The notes under the pieces: model-generated | Told to the model about the DNA's origin: nothing | Databases searched by the model: none | The model's input: the letters and a program-made list of their open reading frames with translations, nothing else | Shown here: piece after piece, positions 40,052 to 48,449 of the stretch | How the letters are laid out: every line of letters starts with the position of its first letter | How positions within the stretch are numbered: position 1 is the stretch's first letter | NCBI GenBank assembly: GCA_965203805.1 | Contig: OZ241917.1 | Location: 4,448,001 to 4,512,000 of the forward strand | Reading direction: 5' to 3' | Source of the DNA: Candidatus Latescibacterota bacterium | Lineage (GTDB): Bacteria > Latescibacterota > UBA2968 > GCA-2709665 | Length of the DNA: 64,000 bases | Translations under genes and position numbers: made by a program

Positions 40052-43000
40052 ATGGACACGGATAACGGGCCGGCCGGACTGAAAATCGACACGTTGAAGC
40101 CGATGCACGTGAAGACGGTGCTGGCGGCGGACGGCGATGCCAACGCGAAGATCGTCATCGGGGATCATCCCGCGCACGAACGGCAGGCGGAGCGAATCGC
40201 CGAAAGAATCGAGGCGGCCACGGGCGCCCGTCTGCCCGTGGTGGGCGCCGGCGACGTGTCGGCTTCGAGAGGGCGGCTCGATTCGCACGTGGTCGCGCTG
40301 GGGAATATGGCCGACAACCCCTTCATACGCTGGCTGTATTACCAGTGGTGGGCCATCGAAGACCTCTGTTATCCCGGTGAGGGGGGCTACGCGCTCCGGA
40401 CGCTGCACAACCTGCTGGGAAACGGGAAGAACGTGGTCCTTCTGGGCGCCAGTGACGAGGACGGGCTGGACCTTGCGGCGTCCCGGTTTCTTTCCGGGGT
40501 CGATAACGGCGAGACGCTGCGTCTGGGGTGGCTGATGGACGTCGTACCGGGTCCGGCCTTCGAATCGCTCAAACCTCCGGCGGACGGGTGGCTCGACGAG
40601 CGGCGGGAGGACTATATCCGGCAGGTCAGCCAGCCGCATGCCTCCCAGGCCGGCGCCGGCCACGGGATGGTCACGGAGGCGGGAAGGCAGGGCTTCGCGT
40701 ATCATCGGACGGGGTACGAGGTCTATGCGAAGGCGCTCCGGGAGGCGGTGGATGCGCATCTGAAGATGGGGGAACACGGGGTAATGGCCCATTTCAACGT
40801 GTGGTGGCTGGCGGTGATCTGGGACCTGATCGAGGAGAGTCCGGTGTTTACGGACGCGGACCGCCTTCGGATCACGCGTTATCTGCTGTGGTTGATGGAT
40901 TCGCACGAAGGCGCGTATAACCGGTTCTTCCGTGAGGGCGTGGGTCACCGGATGGTGCGTCAGAACCACCAGACGCTGGTGGGCCTGTCGTCGTGGTTCG
41001 CGGGGCGGTACTTCGCCACGCACTACGGGATGCCCGAAGCGGAGGAGTGGCAGGCGGCGTCGGCGGACCTGTTCAAGGGTCAGGCGGCGTCGTTCAAGCC
41101 GACCGAGGACGCGAACGCCTATCAGTGGACGACGCTGGACCATCTCCTGACCTATACGCTGGCCAGCGGGGACGAAACGTACGTGGAAAACGGAAACTGC
41201 CGGCGGTCGCTGGACCAGGCCGTGTTGTACTGCAACAACCGGGGCGCCATGCCGCCGTTCGGAGACTCGGGGGGATGCCAGGTGCCGCCGCCCGCGAGTT
41301 TCCTGGTGAAAGCGGGGCACGTGCTGGGCGACGGACGCGCGGAGTTTCTGATTCGCACGCGGTCGGACCGGGTTTCGCTGATCCACGGATTCGAGAAATA
41401 TTTCGGCGACGGCCTGGCCCCGGAAACGCCCTCGGACATGGCCGGCGTGCGGGTGCTGGAGGTCGCGAAGGGGTATTACGATTTCGCCGCCGACCCGAAA
41501 GCGCGCCCGTCGGAGGTGAAGCCGCTGAATCTGCCCCGCGAAGAGGCGTTCGACACCCTGTGTTTCCGCGAGGGATTCGACCGTGACGATCAATACCTGA
41601 TGCTGCACGGGATTTCCTATGGGAACCACGGGCACGACGACGGAAACACCATCGTGGAGTTCTCGGCGAACGACCGTGTGTTCCTGGTGGATGCCTCTTA
41701 TACGGAGGGGCCCACCCTGAAACACCACAACGGATGCACGGCGGTGCGAAACGGAGAGCCGTGGGAGGTGCCCGCGCTGTGCCGGCTGGAGGGCCTGGCG
41801 GACCTGGACCGCGTGGGAATCAGCCGGTCGTCAATGGAGGGAGAATGGGGCGCGAGTTGGACGCGGAACGTGGTCTGGCGCAAGGGGCGTTTCTTCGTGA
41901 TTATCGACGAAATCGAAGCAACGAAGGCCGGGACGTTCGCGCTTGAGTGCAACTGGCGCACGCTGGGGACGCCGTCGTTGGACGGGGACCGGCTGGAGGC
42001 CGCGCAACGGGACCCGGACAGCGGGCGGGAGGACCGGTTCCTGTTGGAAGGCGTTGGCGGCGACCGGGTGACGATGGAACGGGACTGGGAGGCCTTCGGG
42101 CACTGGTGGAAGGACTATCCGTATTCGGACGATTTCGTGAATATCCTTCGGCAGTCCGTCAGTCGCGAGATGGCGGCGGGCGACCGGCATACGTTCATCA
42201 ATCTTTTTTACGCGACGAATGACGCGAAACCGCTGGACGTCCGGATGCGGCGCGTCGGGGAGACCGCGGTCCTGATCGAGGGGTCGGAAGGGCGGATGCT
42301 GGTCGGGACGGGAGGACCGGACGGCGCGTTTGCGGTGGGGCCGGTTTCGGGAGAAGCCGACGTCTACGTGATTGGCGAGGGCTGGTTCGCCCTGTGCGGA
42401 GGACGGCGGTTGCTGGGCGGGGAAACAACGCTTTATGAAAGCGACGGTCCGGCATCGATCGAGCTCGATCTGGTGTCCGGCGCCGGCGTGTCGGATACCG
42501 CGGAAAGCGTAAGCGCGACGCTGTGCTGTCAGCGACGAGCGCTTGCCGTGGGGAAACACCGTCTGAGCGTGCCGACCGTGGACGTCGATACCCCTCTCGA
42601 TGGGATATGGGACGTTCCCGATTGGGAATCCGGCGCCGGGCGGCGTGTGCGCCGGGCTTCAGACGCGGGTTTTCACAGCGTCTGGTCGCACGACTTCGGA
42701 TCCGCTGTCCGATGCACAGCGCCACGGGGCAGCGGCGCCGTAGTGGGTACACAGGACGGACGTGTGATCGCATTGGGCGAGGACGGGGAGCCGAAATGGA
42801 CGTACCATGCCGGGGACGCGGTGCTGTCGGTGTGCGCGGCGGGGCGAGACGGCGACGAGAGCGCTCCGGTGGCGGTTGGGGCGAACGACCGGCGCCTCAC
42901 CTTCCTCGAGGGCGACGGCGTCGAACGATGGTCCAACACGTTCGAGATCTTCCGCGGCGGATGGGCCTGGTATACCCGGAATTCCTCCGTCGAAGTGGTC

Positions 43001-43756
43001 AAGGCTGCCGACCTTCGCGGCGTGGGAGAGCCGGACATCCTGGCGGCGGTCACGGACCGGCAACTCCACTGTTTCGACGCGGACGGCAACAAGCGCTGGA
43101 ACTTCTTCATCTACGGAATTTTCGACCCGTTCTGCCTGGCGGACGTGAACGGGGACGGCCTTCCCGAGGTGGTCGGCGGCCCGGGCAGGATCTCCTGCGG
43201 GGGGACCTGCTACGTTCTGGATGCGAACGGTCGGGAGATCGCCAGCAACGGGCTGGACGGGTGGCCTTCCATGCTGCCGGGTTGCGACGTGTATCTGTAC
43301 GGCAGCGGCGACAATCTGATCGCGTGCGGAACGACCCGGTCGAAAGTCCACGCGCTAAGGCTGGAAGGATCGTCTCTGGCGCCTCTCTGGACGCGGGAAG
43401 TGGGCGAAGAGGTGCACGCGGTCGCGGCCTTTGACGTGGACGGCGACGGGAAGCCCGAGGTGGCGGCCGGTTCGGACTGTTTCTATCTCTACCTGTTCGA
43501 CGAAAACGGCACGGAGCGATGGCGCCGCAATCTGCAGGCCCCAGTGCGCCGGTTGTTCGCCGCCGACGTCAACCGGGATGGCGTGCCGGAGATCGTCGCG
43601 GGGTGTGTGGACGGTAGCGTGTGGGTCCTGGATGGCGACGGGAACACCCTGGCCGCTCACCGCACGGAGGCGAAGATCCACGCCCTGACGCCCCATGCCG
43701 AAGGCCGCCTCCTGCTGGGCTGTTCCGACGGGACGCTGTCGTTGCTGGGCGTGTAG
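40052..43756 (+). CDS. Large heparinase II/III-like + FG-GAP/PQQ propeller protein (paralog C, close to A), 1234 aa
   Basis: ATG after GGAGG. Long stretches identical to 13707..17444, e.g. 'RFFREGVGHRMVRQNHQTLV', 'LVDASYTEGPTLKHHNG', 'GSDCFYLYL'. Confidence 0.82.
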   Translation: MDTDNGPAGLKIDTLKPMHVKTVLAADGDANAKIVIGDHPAHERQAERIAERIEAATGARLPVVGAGDVSASRGRLDSHVVALGNMADNPFIRWLYYQWWAIEDLCYPGEGGYALRTLHNLLGNGKNVVLLGASDEDGLDLAASRFLSGVDNGETLRLGWLMDVVPGPAFESLKPPADGWLDERREDYIRQVSQPHASQAGAGHGMVTEAGRQGFAYHRTGYEVYAKALREAVDAHLKMGEHGVMAHFNVWWLAVIWDLIEESPVFTDADRLRITRYLLWLMDSHEGAYNRFFREGVGHRMVRQNHQTLVGLSSWFAGRYFATHYGMPEAEEWQAASADLFKGQAASFKPTEDANAYQWTTLDHLLTYTLASGDETYVENGNCRRSLDQAVLYCNNRGAMPPFGDSGGCQVPPPASFLVKAGHVLGDGRAEFLIRTRSDRVSLIHGFEKYFGDGLAPETPSDMAGVRVLEVAKGYYDFAADPKARPSEVKPLNLPREEAFDTLCFREGFDRDDQYLMLHGISYGNHGHDDGNTIVEFSANDRVFLVDASYTEGPTLKHHNGCTAVRNGEPWEVPALCRLEGLADLDRVGISRSSMEGEWGASWTRNVVWRKGRFFVIIDEIEATKAGTFALECNWRTLGTPSLDGDRLEAAQRDPDSGREDRFLLEGVGGDRVTMERDWEAFGHWWKDYPYSDDFVNILRQSVSREMAAGDRHTFINLFYATNDAKPLDVRMRRVGETAVLIEGSEGRMLVGTGGPDGAFAVGPVSGEADVYVIGEGWFALCGGRRLLGGETTLYESDGPASIELDLVSGAGVSDTAESVSATLCCQRRALAVGKHRLSVPTVDVDTPLDGIWDVPDWESGAGRRVRRASDAGFHSVWSHDFGSAVRCTAPRGSGAVVGTQDGRVIALGEDGEPKWTYHAGDAVLSVCAAGRDGDESAPVAVGANDRRLTFLEGDGVERWSNTFEIFRGGWAWYTRNSSVEVVKAADLRGVGEPDILAAVTDRQLHCFDADGNKRWNFFIYGIFDPFCLADVNGDGLPEVVGGPGRISCGGTCYVLDANGREIASNGLDGWPSMLPGCDVYLYGSGDNLIACGTTRSKVHALRLEGSSLAPLWTREVGEEVHAVAAFDVDGDGKPEVAAGSDCFYLYLFDENGTERWRRNLQAPVRRLFAADVNRDGVPEIVAGCVDGSVWVLDGDGNTLAAHRTEAKIHALTPHAEGRLLLGCSDGTLSLLGV

Positions 43757-43875
43757 TCAGTGGCGCGTCAACTGCAGGTATTCAGCAGTTCGAAGGTAGA
43801 TTTCTTCCGCGAGGTCTTACGGCAGCCTCACGCCCAGATCCATTCGGGTTAATCGCCCGGAAAAATCGAGATGAG

Positions 43876-44052
43876 TTATTTGCCACTTTCTTCAGGTGTC
43901 GTCCACGAAGCGGCGCTTGTCTTGATTACGTCTATCGCTCTATCCAGGACCACGTCCCGGCCGTTGTAGAATTGATCCCTGGTGGGACGGACGTCTATGT
44001 CTGGAAAAACGCCGATTCCTACGAATTCCCTCCTGTCGTGATAGGTATCACG
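43876..44052 (-). pseudogene. Truncated duplicate of the 3' end of the S41 peptidase gene (58 codons + stop)
   Basis: Translates RDTYHDRREFVGIGVFPDIDVRPTRDQFYNGRDVVLDRAIDVIKTSAASWTTPEESGK* versus RDTYPDGREFVGVGVIPDIEVRPTREDIYNGRDVALDRAMDVITTSAVSWSESEKSDK* in 48450..50285. In-frame TGA lies 5 codons upstream and there is no ATG/GTG/TTG start. Confidence 0.85.
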
Positions 44053-44111
44053 TGTCTCAGGAATTCAATCTCGGTGGTGTCAAAGCGCGATTGTTTACTT
44101 TGGTTGTTTCA

Positions 44112-46517
44112 TCATTCATAACGCAACGCCTCAACTGGATTGCTATAGGCAGCACGCGAAGCGTGGTAGAAAATCGTCGCCAGAGCAATGATCAAAGCAC
44201 TCCCTCCGCTCAGGAAGAAAATGTCCACGCCAAGATGCGTCCGATACGCGAAATTCTCCAACCATTGCTGCCACAGATAATAAGCAGTTGGAAGAGCAAC
44301 GAGAGTCGCAATGAACATAGGCCAGAGTAAATCTCGCACCAAAAGTACTACAATTTCGAGCGCTGATGATCCCAGCACTTTGCGAATCCCGATTTCTTTA
44401 GTTCGTTGTTCAGCGGTGAACGCAACCAATCCCAGAAGGCCCAGACATGCCACAAGGATGGAAATGAACGATAGCGCCCCCACCATCTTAGCAAAACGTC
44501 GTTCTGACTCGTACAGATAGTCGTGGCTCCACGTGGGTGACCAGTACCCAAATCTGCTTTCGTTGGGCCGAAACTCACGAAATATCTCCTCAATGTAGTT
44601 TAACATTGCGGGAAAATCGTTGGTCTTATAGCGCAGTGTAAGTGCTGTCATGTTTTCCACAGACATCGCCATTACAACAGGAGGCAACTCTTTGTGGAGA
44701 GATCGAATGTGGAAATCTTTTACAACACCGATCACGACACCTTGTCGCGTCCCGCACTTTAGTGACTTCCCAAGTGGATTCTCCCAACCTAAAATTTCCA
44801 GAACTGTTTCATTCACCACAAAAGCTGATGTCATATCGGTGGGAATATCCGCCGAGAAATACCGCCCCAATACCAGATCAATCTGGTAAGTTTCAATGAA
44901 ATCTTCGTCGACCAGCAAAATACTCATTTCTCTTTTTACATCTTCTTCACCCTCTGCATACACGCTCCACAGTCCACCTATCCAAGGGGGCACAGACGCC
45001 GATGCTGCCGCACTCAGAATGTCTGGGTGCTGTAGAAATGCATGTTTCACTGCGCGATATCTCTGTTTCAAGTCGCGAGAAAATACATTGAAAGTAATCA
45101 GATCCTGTTTAGTAAATCCGAGGTCTTTTTTCTGTATATAGTCCAGTTGCCTATAGATCGTAACCGTGCCAAAAAGGAAAAACACGGTGACTGCAAACTG
45201 TATAGTCACCAACGTTGTCCTCAACGACGCGCTACCGGTTTTCAAAACCCCATTCAACACATCCACAGCCTGAAAGGCAGACAGATAAAATGCTGGATAA
45301 CTGCCCGCCAGTACTCCTACAAAACCTGCAATCGCGCACAGTAATGCAACCTCCAAGGTGTTGGTACCATTCAGAAACGCCGATTGCTTGCCCATTATTT
45401 GGTTAAATGTCGGCAGGCTAAAGACCACAAATCCGATTGCCACAACATAGGCTATAGTTGTCAGAACAACAGACTCCCCCAAAAACTGCCACGTCAATTG
45501 AAGACGATGCGCTCCAACAACCTTTCGAATGCCAACTTCCCGAGCCCGGGTGCCAGACCGAGCAGTGACCAAATTCATGAAATTGATACAGCCAATCAGA
45601 AGAATCCCACCCGCCAACGCAGAAAGCAGATACACCTGCACGGCATCACCCCCACCTCGATATTCGCCTGCCCTGCTAATTGCGTAATCATATTGACTGT
45701 GAAGATGAATCCGTGTAAGTGGTTGCAGATGATAGGCGAAATCTGGCTCTTCCGTGCCGTCATAATTCCTCGTTACGAACTCATCCAACTTAGCTTTCAG
45801 GTGCTCTCGCGCATACCCTTCTGGCAATACAATATAAGTTTGTACCTGAAACTGGTCCTTTCGACTCGGCGGATTCCAGACTTCCTTCGCATCAGAGTTG
45901 GCTGGCTCCGCGGTGAGAAAATGAAACTGCAGGCTCGAATATTTCGGCAGATTTTTGAATACGCCTGCGACCTTATATTCGCCAGGAAATCGTCTTTCTG
46001 CGGTCATGACTTTTCCAATCGGGTTTTCACTGCCAAAATAGGTCTCCGCCATTTGTTCGCTGATCAAAACTGAATTTGGTTCCTGCAACGCAGTAGCACG
46101 ATTCCCCTTTAACAGAGTTAGATCGAAAACATCGAGAAATTGCTTGTCCGCCAGACAGAAGCCAAAATCGAACTTTTTTTCTCCATACCGCATCTGTGCA
46201 CCATCCCAAGTTTCATGATTCCAAATCCGAACAGCCTGTTCAATTTCTGGAAACGTCTCTATGAGTTCCCATGCCAGATGAGCCGATGTACGTGTACCAA
46301 ATCTGCGCGTGCCGTGCTGATCCCAAGTCTCCCGAATCACCCGGTAGATGCGATCTGATTTTTCATGAAATCGATCATAACGCACCTCTCCCCACACGTA
46401 GAAGGAAATCAACATGCAACAGCTCATGCCGACGGCGAGCCCCGCAACATTGATTGCTGAATAGCCCTTGTGCCGCAGCAAACTGCGGATGGCGACAGTG
46501 AAATAGTTCTTGAATAT
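44112..46517 (-). CDS. MacB/FtsX-type ABC transporter permease (duplicated permease), apparent ATA start
   Basis: '(I)FKNYFTVAIRSLLRHKGYSAINVAGLAVG', 'LQPLTRIHLHS', 'INFMNL..ARSGTRAREVGIRKVVGA', 'EQRTKEIGIRKVLG', 'NPVEALRYE'. GGAGA lies 6 nt before the ATA at 46517. Confidence 0.9.
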   Translation of the reverse strand: MFKNYFTVAIRSLLRHKGYSAINVAGLAVGMSCCMLISFYVWGEVRYDRFHEKSDRIYRVIRETWDQHGTRRFGTRTSAHLAWELIETFPEIEQAVRIWNHETWDGAQMRYGEKKFDFGFCLADKQFLDVFDLTLLKGNRATALQEPNSVLISEQMAETYFGSENPIGKVMTAERRFPGEYKVAGVFKNLPKYSSLQFHFLTAEPANSDAKEVWNPPSRKDQFQVQTYIVLPEGYAREHLKAKLDEFVTRNYDGTEEPDFAYHLQPLTRIHLHSQYDYAISRAGEYRGGGDAVQVYLLSALAGGILLIGCINFMNLVTARSGTRAREVGIRKVVGAHRLQLTWQFLGESVVLTTIAYVVAIGFVVFSLPTFNQIMGKQSAFLNGTNTLEVALLCAIAGFVGVLAGSYPAFYLSAFQAVDVLNGVLKTGSASLRTTLVTIQFAVTVFFLFGTVTIYRQLDYIQKKDLGFTKQDLITFNVFSRDLKQRYRAVKHAFLQHPDILSAAASASVPPWIGGLWSVYAEGEEDVKREMSILLVDEDFIETYQIDLVLGRYFSADIPTDMTSAFVVNETVLEILGWENPLGKSLKCGTRQGVVIGVVKDFHIRSLHKELPPVVMAMSVENMTALTLRYKTNDFPAMLNYIEEIFREFRPNESRFGYWSPTWSHDYLYESERRFAKMVGALSFISILVACLGLLGLVAFTAEQRTKEIGIRKVLGSSALEIVVLLVRDLLWPMFIATLVALPTAYYLWQQWLENFAYRTHLGVDIFFLSGGSALIIALATIFYHASRAAYSNPVEALRYE

Positions 46518-46981
46518 TGCGATTCTCCAACAGTTCAAGTTTGAGGGAACAAAAACCAGCAGTTTTCTTTGGGTAGCGGCGTGGATTCCGTCCTACACTA
46601 TGATCGACGACCTGAGGCTGGTTTCCTCGCTCTCGGTCTGATCGTCTGGATGGCTCGCTGCGAGATCCCTGATTGCCGATTCTGATTGAGACTAACCTAA
46701 CATTCGTAGTTGAACACGTCGAGCAGTGCCAATGCGGCGATCCACATTTTTCAGTCGATTACGGCTGAAATCCAGGTCGGAACCCCAACGCTGTCGTTCA
46801 CTTTGAGCAGGTCGCTGACGAAGTTCCGGGCACGGAACACGCCCTTGGTCCGTTTTTTCTTACGGATTCGTAGCCGGAAAGCGCGTATTCGTTAGTGATG
46901 GTTCCGAATCGACGCGTGGAATTAAGAAAATCCAACGGATTTCGATCCTCGAGGCTCCGTCAAATGCGGTCGATATTGTAC

Positions 46982-48133
46982 CTAATGCAAGTGACGAAGT
47001 CGAATATCGCGGAAGGCTGTTTTAGATTGCCACACGTTTAGCGCAATCGGACCCGACTGATAGCTGAATTCCGTCAACTGGTTGACCAGCCTGCCGTCAA
47101 TGTATGAGGTCAGGGATGCGTCCCTCGCGGCGATTTGGACGTCGTATTCCTGTCCCCGTTCGATGGGATAATTGACCACGCTCAGTTTTTTGAGTCCTTC
47201 GGGAGCGACTTTGCTAATTGCGATGGCCTGCCATCCCAAGAGGAAGTCGAGGACATACCAGTTCCGCTCGTCTTCGGACATTCGAAAGAATACTTGAGCG
47301 TTGCCGCCTGAAATGGGCGTGATGAGGAGAGACAGTTCGTAATTCTTCCAGGAGGAGTTCCCAATGATTAACGGAAAACCCTCGTCGCTAGAGTGAACAG
47401 CTTCGCCCACGATACCGTCGCCGGTGCGGGTCCAAACGTGATCAATGGTCGCTTTGCTCTGCTTCTGTGCGGGTCGCCACTCTGCCAATCCATCGCTCTC
47501 GATCAATTTCTGCCAGTGGATGACCCCTCTCATTCCGGCAACAACCTGCCGTCCGTAATCTTCCTGTCTATCTCGCTTGTCGAGTGTATCACATTCCATG
47601 CTTGAAAGCCTCCTTTTCAGTCTTTGGCGCGATCTATGTAACCGGCTCTTGACCGTTCCCACTGGTATGCCCACGGTGTTGGCAATTTGATCTTGAGGTA
47701 ATCCGACAAGATAATATAGCGTCGTAACGGTGCGGTCCCCCGCAGGAAGCAACTTGATGGCATCTCTTAGGGCCGACGTACGGTTTGGATGTATCCCCTT
47801 CTCAGTATGAGCAAGTTGTGAGTATTCCCGCATTCTGGATAGTCCCCGCGCTTCAAGGGTTCGCTTTCTGACCCACTTGCGGGCCACGTTACGTGCAATC
47901 GAATGAAGCCAGGACGGGAATTTTCCTGAATCATCAAGTTGGTCCAAATGCCGAAACGCGAGAATGAACGTCTCTTGCGCGGCATCAGCGGTGTCATCGG
48001 AATCTTGAAGCAGGCCGCAAATCGTACCGAACACTAATGACCGGTACCGGTTCACCAGGTCGGTAATTGCGGTTTCAACTCCGCGGCGGGCTTGAATGAC
48101 CAGGGTGTTGTCGCATGGCGACGGCGCATCCAT
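46982..48133 (-). CDS. ECF sigma-70 factor with a C-terminal DUF1080 (3-keto-disaccharide hydrolase-like) domain
   Basis: Region 2 'DAAQETFILAF...FPSWLHSIARN'; region 4 'IANTVGIPVGTVKSRLHRSRQRL'. C-domain 'WKNYELSL...YIDGRLV...SGPIALNVW...FRDIRLR'. Confidence 0.85.
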   Translation of the reverse strand: MDAPSPCDNTLVIQARRGVETAITDLVNRYRSLVFGTICGLLQDSDDTADAAQETFILAFRHLDQLDDSGKFPSWLHSIARNVARKWVRKRTLEARGLSRMREYSQLAHTEKGIHPNRTSALRDAIKLLPAGDRTVTTLYYLVGLPQDQIANTVGIPVGTVKSRLHRSRQRLKRRLSSMECDTLDKRDRQEDYGRQVVAGMRGVIHWQKLIESDGLAEWRPAQKQSKATIDHVWTRTGDGIVGEAVHSSDEGFPLIIGNSSWKNYELSLLITPISGGNAQVFFRMSEDERNWYVLDFLLGWQAIAISKVAPEGLKKLSVVNYPIERGQEYDVQIAARDASLTSYIDGRLVNQLTEFSYQSGPIALNVWQSKTAFRDIRLRHLH

Positions 48134-48162
48134 CGAAATGCCTCGATTCGTGGTTTCACCCT

Positions 48163-48189
48163 TTAGATCCCATTCCTGGTACAAGGTTC
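48163..48189 (-). promoter_or_regulatory. ECF-type (sigmaE/AlgU-like) autoregulatory promoter
   Basis: Minus strand GAACCT-N16-TCTAA about 30 nt upstream of the ECF start; close to the GAACTT-N16-TCTRA consensus. Confidence 0.6.
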
Positions 48190-48350
48190 ACGGTTTTTCG
48201 CAACACACTTGCGGAACAGACGAATAAGCTGCATCGAGTTCGCTGTAGCGCATCATTGAGACGGGATAAATGGTCTGTAAGGGAGTGCAAGGGGGACCAT
48301 CAAACTAACCTGGCCACTGCGGTCGGCAGCTTCGCTGCTCTTTTGCGCAA

Positions 48351-48395
48351 GACGCCGATACCGCAGACTGAGATAGTGCTGGGGTTATCGGCGTC
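48351..48395. terminator. Hairpin downstream of the S41 gene
   Basis: Perfect 10-bp arms gacgccgata (48351-48360) / tatcggcgtc (48386-48395) with further imperfect inner pairing. Confidence 0.4.
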
Positions 48396-48449
48396 CATAG
48401 ACTCTCGCCAGACCCATTCCGGGCAATCGCTCGGAAAAATCAAATCGCG

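Noticed and set aside
13533-42559. Long antisense ORFs (13533..15806, 15816..17396, 27944..29752, 34273..36486, 36604..38976, 39995..41728)
   Set aside because: Mirror frames of GC3-rich genes with no family motifs. Similarity between 13533..15806 and 39995..41728 only reflects the sense-strand paralogy.
46600-46960. Possible decayed gene fragment on the minus strand ('KGVFRARNFVSDLLKVNDSVGVPTWISAVID*')
   Set aside because: Looks coding-like but is short, interrupted and not assignable without a tBLASTx/BLASTx search.
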